Source: Lama glama (lineage: Eukaryota). Taken from it: DNA of 64,000 nt. A model generated the notes under the pieces. The model had not been told where the DNA came from. It did not search any database and was given only the letters and a program-made list of their open reading frames with translations. The stretch spans positions 74,712,001 through 74,776,000 of the forward strand of contig CM052817.1 in NCBI GenBank assembly GCA_028534125.1. Direction: 5' to 3'. The position numbers were made by a program, and so were the translations under genes. Of the stretch, positions 52,781 to 64,000 are shown piece after piece. Each line of letters begins with the position of its first letter. Positions within the stretch are counted from its first letter, which is position 1.

Positions 52781-54949
52781 GTTCCACGGCTGCTGCTCCT
52801 GCTCGGACCGCAGTTCCCAGTCCTGCCACCGCAGCTGTCTTTGCCTTGAGTGGCTAACGCACTTTTTGAAATTCTCAGTGGCAGTTCTTTCTTTTTCCGA
52901 AAGTGTGCTTGATTATCAGAAACAAATGAAAATATTTTTATTTAATTCTTTGAAAATGAGTGATTAAATTGTATAATAGTATCCCAGTCATCTGATTATA
53001 AAATAACATTCTAATACTCCAGTTTGGGTGATTAGCCTTGAAAACAATTTCAGCGGAAGAGTCCAAAAGTGTTTGGAGAAACATTGGTGTCATGAAGTGG
53101 TCGTATGGTTAGGATGACCAGGTAATTAATTATCCAGTTGCTTTTCTGAATGCAAGTAGCATTTCTCATAATTATGCTGAGACTAGAAGAATGAACAAGA
53201 ATAATGCCTGGCAAAGTGCCCCTCTCCCGACCCCAAGTTATCTTAGTTATTTTATCCTAAGTGAGATGCAAAGGGTTGGGTTGCAGAAAATTAAACTCCA
53301 AGCATCAAATATTGTGTCAATGACGTTTAAACATCAAATAATATATTATTTAACATGAACACCCGCCACCCAAATCAGTCACTGTCTTTTGGATAAAGCT
53401 AAGTTTACCTTTGATAGGTTTTGTGATGTGTGTGACATATGTGAATAAAACCCATTAAAATGGTAATTTTCAGATATTTATTCATTGGGAATTTAACTTT
53501 GATGAGGAAGGAGAGTAGTTTGGATATATTTCCAAATGTGGTAAAGACAAAGTAGCTCAGATGTAAGTTACAATATGCCCAGCTGCCAATAAGCTTCTCT
53601 GGGCTAGTGAGACAATAGAGACATTTCAGAGTTTTCTTTAATATTTGCATGAAGACACCTGTCAAGTTAGAGGTGATATTGAATGTTCTTTGAAAGAAAG
53701 AAAATGACAGGTAAGAAAATACTAAATCAGCGTAGTATTGAAATGTTGTCATCACCACGGGGGAGAGCCCAAACATGACTGCTCTTTTCTCTTTGACATC
53801 TATTTCTTACGTCTTTCACAACTTTTTCCAAGAAAAGTGACACAAAGATTATTTCTGCTGTTCGCTTAGCTGGCAGGCAGTAGTCTGGACTTCAACAGGG
53901 AAACAAAATGCAAGCAAAGTGCTTCAACTGCTAAAGAAACACATTTCTGAGAGTATTCACCTGCTGAGAATCTCACATGCATTTTAAGAAGTTGGGGTTG
54001 TAAATCTCCTAATTTTTAAGTTATTATTTTCAGCTTTATTGCACGCTCACTAGGCACTTTCTATGTGTAGAATACTTTGCTCAGCACTGAGATTACAAAA
54101 GTTCGTAAAGCAGAGTTTCTTCTGGGAAGGTACTGGGCAGTGACTTCAGACGCTGGGCAGTAGAACCCCACCTGCCCACGCATTAAGAACAGCTTCACAG
54201 AAGAAAGACCCTGCTTGTGTTGCCAGAGTTAAATAGATTCACTCAGTGTTTGTACCTGTAATTTTTTTTTCTTGCCTTTCCAAGTCCTAATCCTTGGCTC
54301 CTTTTTCTAGAATCTAATCCGCTTTATAACTTTGTCCTCACACTTGTATTTAGAGTAGCCTCATGAATCATGCACTGTCTGAAAACCACCGTGTTTAGAC
54401 TCGGTGTGCCCCATATTCCCTAGAATGCACTTAGACTCCACTTGGGGAGGCGGGGGTTGGCATTTCTAGAAATGCAACATTACTTGGAGCCACAGAATAT
54501 CACAGATATAAACTTCTCAGAGATATTTGCAAATACACATAAAATCTGAATAAATATGACAAATTCTTTCAAAAACATTTATTGAGCATCTACAATGCAT
54601 TCAGCATTAGTGAAGATGTCCTGGATTGAGCAATCAGAAGAGCAATAATCTTTCTGCTCTCAGGCTGCTGATACTCCATTCTGTGCGTGGAGCACAGACA
54701 GTGAATGGTATGTATCACGTAATATGTCAAATTGCTATGTCTTCTGTAGAAAAATAATGTAGAACAAGGAGACTAGGGTATGACTGGGGGCCCTATTTTT
54801 AAAGGGAACACACAGAGGTCACTCTGATTAGGTGTTCTTTGTGCAGAGGGCATTTCCATTCGGGTGGTCAGGACAAAGCCTTGACCGGGTAGGTTCCGCA
54901 CAGTCCTGGAGGAGAGTAAGGGATGATCTCAAGCACAACGGTGAAAAGA

Positions 54950-55175
54950 TCGGCTCATGTTTATCGAGCGCTTAGGACAGCTAGGTGTCTCTCTAAGGGC
55001 TTTATGTCCAATAACTTTCTATGAGGAAAATACGAGCATTAGCCACGATTTATAGGCAGGAAAACTGAGCCAACAGAAAAGCCAAGTCACTCGAATGACA
55101 ACGCAAAGGGGTGAAACTGGGATTTGTAACCCAAGGAGTCTGGCTCCGGGAATCTGGCTCTTAACCCTCGTGTTA
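54950..55175 (-). mobile_element. MIR SINE
   Basis: tttatcgagcgctta...ggaaaactgag...gggatttgtaacccaaggagtctggctcc...gctcttaacc. Confidence 0.75.
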
Positions 55176-55699
55176 CGTGAGAGCAATCACTGCAATCAGT
55201 TCCATAATTTCCTAGTGCTGAGACTGCAGACATTAAATGTGCCCCTTCGTAGGAACACCTTTGAGGATGATGTAGTCCCGTTCTGATGAAGGCACCTGCA
55301 AACATCACCCATTTTACAGTCCCCTGCCTTTTCCTTCCAAAAGTAAACTAGTAAAACATTTCCAATTTAGATTCATTAGGGAAGAAGATGAGAAAAGTCA
55401 CTGAAAGTATTTATTGTATAATTACTATATGCTGGGCAGCCGCATGACAAAGTCATTGTTCTCTCGAGGATTACAGTCCACTAAAAACAAAGCCAATTAA
55501 AAGTTACAAAACAATGTGGTGTTTTGGTGAATTTTGTAGCAAGGCAGGCCCAGGTGCAGTGGAAACACGGAGCAGGGGACCTCTGACTCTGAGCCCAGGG
55601 AAGCAGCGCAGTTTAAGCTGAGACATGAGGACTACACGGACTATTAGATACATGCTCAGTACATCACTCACTGGCGGCTTTTAGGAGGTATATGTAGAT

Positions 55700-55901
55700 T
55701 GGGGTCAGCCAAATTATGACTACAGGCCAAATCTGGCCCCTGACCTTTTTTGGTAAATAAAGTTATATTGGAAAATAACCACGGATCATTTGCGTACATA
55801 CGGCTACCTTCTCAATACAGTGTTAGACTTTAATGGTTGTATGACCTGCAAAATAGAAAATATTTACTCTGGTCATTTATAGAACAATTTGCCCACCCTT
55901 G
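55700..55901. mobile_element. hAT-Charlie non-autonomous DNA transposon relic (MER58-like)
   Basis: ggggtcagccaaattatg...ggccaaatctggcc...gtaaataaagtt...aaaatatttact...tttgcccacccttg, with degenerate terminal inverted repeats. Confidence 0.7.
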
Positions 55902-56822
55902 CTGCAGATGACCTACTTGATTTGCATTAAATTACTTACCATTAAAATGAATGTTTTTAAGGTGCATTTGTAAAGATTCGTCATTTGATTAAGTCACGTT
56001 TGGAATAATTTTAAATTGGTTTCTCAAAATAAAAATATTTGAAAAGAAGTTAAAAGGGCTGGAAACATTGGCCCAGCTTTTTTCAAGGCAATTATGCACG
56101 TATCTCTGTGCCCCGCTTCAGATGAGGCACATGTCCTGCAATTCATCACAGTCCCTGTCACTCCTTATTTTTCTTACACCTGGCTTCCTTGCCATTCCTT
56201 TATACTATCTTCCTGGACTCTCTAGGAACTTGAGTTTTGATGCTTGGAAAGTGAATCTAAGACGAACTGTGTCTTTTTAAACAAAGATGGGTACAGACAA
56301 TCAATGGAAGTTCAAGGGTTAAAATACAGGCTATTGGCTGAGGTCTTGGCCCGTGAAAATGAAACTTTTTGTATATTTTAACAAAGTTGAACCCTCATCA
56401 GTTCTATTTTCTGTCTCAGAAGTATAAAAACCAAGACTGGAGTTTCTTGTCAAGAACAAAGGAACCTTCACAGTTTAGTAGGAAGATGAGAGAGATATTT
56501 TACTGGACCCCAAATTTCATGGAAATAGGAGAACATTATGCCAGTGAAAGAACAAGAGAGAAAGTACGCAGGGACCTATCTAGACCCAGTGTAACCTGAA
56601 TAAAACGTGAATGACTATTGCAGTTGTCGTGACTAGTATTTTCTTTGTAATTTTTACCACTGTCTATTATATTGTGTCCTCTATGTCTTCTTTTAGTTGT
56701 TTCAGAGAAAGAAGGGTAGAGAAGGGGCAAGGAGGTAGCATTTCTCTCTGTAATGGACCCAGAGAAAATGTCCAGCTGGGAGAAGGGTGGTTGCAGAGAA
56801 GAAGGAAGCAGCAGGGTGTGGG

Positions 56823-57322
56823 NNNNNNNNNNNNNNNNNNNNNNNNNNNNNNNNNNNNNNNNNNNNNNNNNNNNNNNNNNNNNNNNNNNNNNNNNNNNNN
56901 NNNNNNNNNNNNNNNNNNNNNNNNNNNNNNNNNNNNNNNNNNNNNNNNNNNNNNNNNNNNNNNNNNNNNNNNNNNNNNNNNNNNNNNNNNNNNNNNNNNN
57001 NNNNNNNNNNNNNNNNNNNNNNNNNNNNNNNNNNNNNNNNNNNNNNNNNNNNNNNNNNNNNNNNNNNNNNNNNNNNNNNNNNNNNNNNNNNNNNNNNNNN
57101 NNNNNNNNNNNNNNNNNNNNNNNNNNNNNNNNNNNNNNNNNNNNNNNNNNNNNNNNNNNNNNNNNNNNNNNNNNNNNNNNNNNNNNNNNNNNNNNNNNNN
57201 NNNNNNNNNNNNNNNNNNNNNNNNNNNNNNNNNNNNNNNNNNNNNNNNNNNNNNNNNNNNNNNNNNNNNNNNNNNNNNNNNNNNNNNNNNNNNNNNNNNN
57301 NNNNNNNNNNNNNNNNNNNNNN
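56823..57322. other. Assembly gap (500 N)
   Basis: Run of N; the round length suggests a placeholder gap size. Confidence 0.99.
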
Positions 57323-59124
57323 AAAAAGTAGACACTGTTAAAGGGGGTAATTTGGCAAATGAGTTGATAGAGCAAAAAGTTCTTGAGAAAAGAAAGCTTC
57401 TTTGTTTTTTTCTCATCTTGTCGTTCATGTTAGGTTGAACCTTAAGAAAGTATAGATACTGAATGCTTTTGACTTAACAGAAAAAGGGCAAATTCATAGG
57501 GTTCAACCTGTCCAAGTTTATCATGTGTCTCCTCTACCCAAGACATTTTCAATCACACCCCATTGCTGACAATATAAATTCAGTCTCCATAACCTGGATA
57601 TTCAAGAGGTTTCACAATCTGGGCACAGCATTTTGTACCACAAATTCCCTAGTCGATTCAAATCAGCCCAACTCAAGACCCATTTCTTTTAGAAGCCTTC
57701 ATAGCTCAATGTAGAAACCAATTATCTTCCCTTAACACATGGCCACGTGTGTACACAGACTGTGGGGCACAATGTGTAATTAAACAAGAACTGAATTTTT
57801 GGTGTTGCAATACTCTGTAAAATGTTATTATGATCCCAGACTAAATTGAAAACTTCTTATGAACAGAGCCTGTATTTTGAGCGTTTTTCTATCTCTCCAT
57901 CTATTCTAATATCTTAGAGCCCAGTAGGTATTTGGCTACTATTTTAAAAAAAAATGTAGATTTTTCAGTGACAGTTTGTTCAAGACTTTGAGAACTTTGC
58001 CCAAACTGTTACCCTCTGGGGAGTTGAAAAGTGTAGGAGCTATGATTGCTGAAGTTCCTTTCGCTAATTTATGCCTTTCTGTATAATTTAGGAGAAGATG
58101 ATTTAAAGTTCCTGTCCTTGGTTAGGCTCTGGATTCCAGACTTAAAATTTAGTTGTTTATGTTCAATGATTTGATTAAGTTCAATAAAACTGTGGTCAAA
58201 AGTGTGAGAAGCAAATACGTATTCGAGAGCATCTCAGTCCGCGTTCCAGCAAAAGAATCCCTTTGTGTGAAATGTACAAACTGTCTAGAAGAAGAAAGTT
58301 ATACCACACCTCACTCAAGCCAAAAGCCCAGGGGAAAGAGGCTGTGTGGGAAAGGTAATTTTAGGCAACCCACTGAAGGATTTTTCTGCACGTGACAGCA
58401 GCTCTGCTACGACAGGTGCGGGGCTGCCGCGCGGCGGTAGGGGCCGCTGTGGAGCGGCCAGAGGCCCCGGCGTGTGACTGGCAGGGGCTGTCTTTCGGCA
58501 GCTGGGAGCCCCAGGAGGCAGCAGCGGTGACCGCGTGGCTGGCAGGTAGATGGCCGTGCAGCTGGCAGGGGAGACTGTGAGGCAATAACCTGGCTGGGGC
58601 TGCTGCTGTCAGCGATTCAAACCAGGCATCGACCCTGCTTAGAGTTCTCTGAGAAAGCAAGGGTTGACACCACCTGATTCTAAAAATAGCCAACCAGACC
58701 ACATGAACTGGCAAAGTCCAACATTTCATGTCTGTGTAGAATGACCTTCTTCCCTGTGAATACGCGTGACTGGCTTTTTTGTTGGTACCTGTTTTCTTCA
58801 AAGGAAATGCCAAGCAACAGTAATGTAAAGATGTTTTGCATCAGTTGAGAGACTCTTCAATTTATCCATGTAAATGCCTAATTAAATGTTAAGTCTTGAC
58901 CAGAAATAAGTTAAGGAAGCATCTGGTTCTTTTAACCAAGGTTTAGAACAGCAATGCTCCAAGGTAACTTTCAGTTTTATAAAAACATGTTGTAATCTAA
59001 TATTAAAGAAAGGTCACCTTTGCTGGCAATCCATATTTGTGCTTTGCAATTGTTTCAATCCAAAGTACATCCAAATGAAAGAACATTAGGACAGCCAAGG
59101 TTAGAACTGGGCTGCTCTGGAGAA

Positions 59125-59127
<3 letters not shown>

Positions 59128-59163
<36 letters not shown>
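59128..59163. repeat. (AC)18 microsatellite
   Basis: Perfect dinucleotide run. Confidence 0.95.
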
Positions 59164-59165
<2 letters not shown>

Positions 59166-62100
59166 CCTAAATATACCCAGTTGATTTACGAAATGATATT
59201 ACGTGAAGAAGGAAGATTCGGAGCAGTAAGACTGTATCAAAGCTGATCAAAAAGCATAGCTTAAGAATTCATTGCCTTTACTGTGCTTGCTACTACATCC
59301 ACAAGAAATTAATTTCTAGCATTTACTTGCAGCAATGTGGTATGGACCAGCAATCCTCATGTTGAAGGTTATGGCATCTAAAGAAACTAGGACAGTCCGC
59401 AGGTTTTTAGGGAAATGAAAGCTGCTACTCTGAAGAATAGCATCAGTGCCTTTTCTGAAAGAATAATCTTCTCTCTCCTCATATCTCCGTTCTTTCACCA
59501 TTTTCCCTAGATTTTTTCAATGTCCTTGATGTCACCTCAGTTCTTTCACCAAAATTTCAAACCCTTTTTTTTGATAAGACTACTTAACCACATTTGCAAC
59601 AGTAAGCAACTCCTGATATAGTGTAATGGTGAGAAACAAAGCTCTCGTTACCTGCATGTGATGGGTAGGAATGTCGGGGACATTCTGCAAAAGAGAGCCT
59701 CTTTACGATTTCTGGCTCTGCTTGCAATTAGAGTCACTTTGGATCAGTCACCTGCTTGTGTTTCAGTTTGTTCCCCAGGAGAATGGAGGTTAATCTAATG
59801 TCACATCCCTTTACTGTAGTCTTGAGGGACTGATAATATCTAAATTTGTAACTTGCAAATTGTTGTGAGGTCATTAAAACTAGAGACTTTATATAATTAA
59901 ATAGGCAACTTTTCACACTACCCAGTAAATTAGCTAGAAGCTTTTCACTGCTTTAAGCTTAGTCTAGCGTTTATATTAGTGTGTCAGTTACAACACTGAC
60001 TATATGAACTTACTTATTTTGGTTTATATATACCAATTCTTTGTCTGTGTACCTGAAAGAAGGATATTGCAAACAATGTGGAAACATTTACCAAATACTT
60101 GCTGCTAATATTTCTGCTACACCATTTTATTTTCCTCTACATCTCAGGAAGTCCTAAGCAGGCTTACTATTGACTGTGACTTTGTAATATTACAGAATAT
60201 ATTTTTCCTTCTAACTGTAAAGATCACAGCTCCTCAACATTACTACCTTGGAGAAAAAAAAATTGCACTTTGCAATGGAGCTGTGGTTGTGAAACATTTC
60301 TTTGTGGTATCTTTTTAGGCAAACTGCAAAAAAATATACCCATTGTTTGTATTTTGATTACTTCATGAGTCTACTTTTTGTTTGTAATATAGGTAAAGCT
60401 GTTCTTATTTGAACCCAGAATCAAGATCACAAAAGGACATTCATGAGACATTCGGGACATCCATGACATGCGGTCAGGGAGTCCTGAACAGGAGACGAGT
60501 TTCACCTTCTTATCAGCATGTGCCCCAGAGAATCCTTAACTTCATGTAACACATGCTTCTTCATTGACAAAATGGACCCAGTAATAGAAGGCCCATCACA
60601 GTGTATTTGTGAGGGTTCAACGTGTATTTGTTTCATGGAAGGACTTGGCCCAGAACCTCACAAACAAGGCATGAGAAAGGACTGGCCAGCAGCCCTGGGA
60701 GCTGCAGCCGTTTCCTCTCAGCCCGTTCCCCGTTCCCAGGTAGCAGCAGCTGATTTGTCTCTTTAGGAAGGACACTTTCATTTTTCTCAGCTGAAGCAGA
60801 CTGTTCCTCAGTATTTCTGGAAATAATAGTTTCTATGGAGGCAATTCTCTGCAAAATAAAATGCAAGTAAGTAAACCAACAAAAATCACAACAGATAGAA
60901 CAAATTTATGGATAAAAATACAAGCTGTTACAAATGGCCCGCTTTGTTTTTCAGGATATTTGCACCTACGTTTCCTAAAGATGACTTAAGCTTTGTGAAA
61001 AAACAAAAAAACAAAAAAATGAAAACCTGTGAGGCAAATTATAAATTTCTTACTGATTGCTTTACAATTAAAAAGAAATTTTGTTGTGTATGTATTGTGT
61101 CCCAGCCCCTGAGCTGTGTGCTGGGCATTCAGTAGGAAACGCACTGTGCTATAGATGCTAGAGCCCGTCTCCTGCTGTCTGGCAGCTTGCAGTGAAGTGG
61201 TAGAGAAGAAGTGAATCACATAATTATGAGTGTGACTAGTGTGGGGAAGGGGAAGGGCTAGGTAAGAGAGGAACAGAGTAAAGGAATTACTTAATCTGGC
61301 TTGGCCATAAATTCTCTCTGGAGTAGGGAATCTATTATTCCAACCCTAATAAAGAGCCCAATTGCATCAGAGATGGTTAGCTTTCTTTACTAAAAAGGAT
61401 TGCCGAGTCTCATCATCAAGAGTTAGTTTTTTTAATTTACTAACATTATAAATAGAGACTATTGTTTTTTTTTTTAACTTTGTTATATACAACTTAATGT
61501 TAACTGTGATTTGGCGAACACTTGCTATTGGCTAATGATGTTGTAGGTGCTTTACAGGATTTTAACACAACTCTGTGAAGTTTTATTCCCATTTGGTCTA
61601 TACAGAAACTGTGAGAGGAACAGAACTGAAGTGACGTTTCCAGTGGCACATAGGCAGGAATGGGCGGAGCTGAGACTAGTGTCTAGTGTCTCCAATGCAG
61701 ACAAGCTTCACGATTCTCAGGGCAGTAGAGCGAGTGTGTTGTCAGCAGGAAGCTGGTTTTTGCTATTCTTTAAAATATGTCCACACATCTTTAACACTGC
61801 ATCTGATCAAGATTTGCTTAGAATAGGAATTTTTAGATACCAAGATGAAACCAATTGTTGAGTTGTCACTGAACTAAAAGATGAGAATGTACACTCCACG
61901 AGGAGGGATCGTGAACCTAAGTTCCTTGACCAGTGCCTGGTGCTGCAAAGTACTTGTTGAATTAAGAAAATGACAAATGAGAAAAATTAGCCCAAAACAA
62001 AAGAATCACATTTAGTATTGGGAAGGAGAGAAGATGCAACACTTACTTGCATTTGAGGTGGTGAATGTCTTTCAAATTCTTTTGAATCAAGGTAGGTTAT

Positions 62101-64000
62101 CAGATTGCTTTAATTGGTGAAATTATGAATTTAGAAATTATTTAAAGCCCTGATAAAGGATTCTGAGGCCAATATTCTGATCAAAAATAATGGGAAGACA
62201 GGGAAGTTGCTTCATATGTAGTAGAGTTGGTTCATTTTTTAGAGTAATACGATGATGAAGTGGAAAGTTGTGTGTACAAAGATGAAATGACAATGATTTT
62301 AGGTTGGGGGATAGTTTTATGGGGATGGCTTCTTAATATTGAAATAGACTATTTTACATATCTGTTTCCCTACGTGAAAAAATCTGAGGGCCTGGACAGT
62401 TTTCCAGGAGTGTCAGAACAGCACATTTAACATGTAAAACAAATTAGAAATAAAATCACAGTTCAAAAAAACAAGATATTACCCTATTTTAAAGATATGA
62501 CCAATTATGATCCTACAGGATTGCTGTTTGTATTTATTCAGTCACTTAGCCACTCAACAAATATTTAATAGAAAGAAAGACTGCTTTACTAGAACTGATT
62601 TCAAGCTTTGGTCATGAAGTTGAAGTTTGCTAAGCATGAAATGTTGAATCAGCACGACTGCCTTACCCTGGTAAAGGATTTCTATTTAAATGAAAATATT
62701 TCATGTGACTTTATTCCAAATCATTGATTTCACCCATGCCTTTTTTTTTTTTAACATTTCAGTTTTATGAGGTTAGGTAGAATAAGCCTATGATTTAAAT
62801 CCTAGTTGTACATTAGTTTTACCTGGAGAACTTTAAAAAACTACTTGATGTCACGTGCTACTCCAGAACAGCTGACTGAGACTTTCGGAAGGTAGGTCTG
62901 AGTACTGATACTTTTCAGTTTAGAAAGTCCCCCGAATGGTTCTACTCTGCAGCAGGGTTAGGAATCCTGAAACATTGCCCGTTTGTGCTAAGTCAGGGGG
63001 AGTAGCGCCCCGCCAAGAGGAAGCATTTCATAACTTGATCTTGCTATTCCATTAACGTAATTTTAATTCCTTCTAAATAATTTAAAGGCGAAAACCTAAG
63101 CAGCAAAAATATTTTCATCTGAGATCTCATGCCGAATGAGGGAGGCTACGTATAACAGCTTTTCAGCTAGGACTTGCAGAAATTAGCACTTGATCTGAGG
63201 AGATGTACATGTTATTTCTGAAAGCCTTATTGATACCAAGCCTAGTGTGAGGAAGGAAGCCATGTTAATCACACGGTTTCAGGTCCATTAGAAACGCCAT
63301 GGAGGGAGAGAAATTCCTTTTTGCCAAATGGAAAATGTCAAAAAATCAGCGGGGTAAAAAGAATTGGATTTTCATGCTTCTAAGAAGGGGAAAAGGGAAG
63401 CAAAGTAGAAGCAAAAAACATGATAGCTGATTCTACAAAGTCAGTCAGTTTAGTAAGTGTCCATTCTTAATTCAAAGATAGTAGTCTGTTTAATAGATCA
63501 TTTCTTTAGAATAAAGATATCCCCTTCTCCTGAATCATATCTTCTCTCTACCTACTGTTTCAAACTACAGATCTAGACTTGGTAAACCATGAATCTGTCC
63601 TTACCTGCTGGCTTAAATCTTCCAATTCAGATTCCGTCTGTTCTTGTCTGCTGTTAATTGTCTCTATATCCGTCTGCTCACTGGCAATGTTAAAAGATGC
63701 TGTTAAAAGAAAAAGACAGACAGTGAGATCACTTTTGAAATATTTTTCAGAACATGATAGATTTTCATCACTAGAGTATATGCAATACCATACTTATTAT
63801 ATAAATAAGTTACACACTTTAATATAAACAATGTAATGAGGCTTAAAATTAATCATTTAGAATTATCCTGAGAATTTTGAATTTATAATTATAAATGCAA
63901 GCATACCTAATCAAATGGGACTGATGTTTTCTAGCAAAGTTGGTCATTAGAAAATGATTGTTAAAAGAACGATTATTTACCATCTTTGAGGAAAAAAATA

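Noticed and set aside
56536..57438. Long ORFs of 184-279 aa in several frames
   Set aside because: Artefacts of the 500-N gap translated as X
1..64000. Prokaryotic-type systems (CRISPR arrays, operons, rRNA)
   Set aside because: The sequence is intron-containing mammalian DNA; no repeat-spacer array or rRNA-like sequence was seen

Overview
Mammalian genomic DNA, most likely a camelid (tRNA-derived SINEs of the camelid Vic type; no Alu, Bov-tA or Can-SINE seen). The left ~18 kb holds the last four coding exons and 3' UTR of UGT8 (ceramide galactosyltransferase) on the + strand. The rest looks like repeat-rich intergenic DNA (L1, L2, MIR, a near-complete MaLR LTR element, hAT-type MER relics, a 500-N gap). 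However, the minus strand between ~23.7 and ~43.3 kb carries a chain of AG/GT-bounded, phase-compatible exons for a protein I do not recognise. It has a signal-peptide-like start, a coiled-coil-like segment and a C-terminal EF-hand pair, and is convergent with UGT8. Some exons carry stops or a frameshift, so it is either an unannotated gene or a decaying unitary pseudogene. The exon model and all repeat calls were made by eye; repeat boundaries are approximate.
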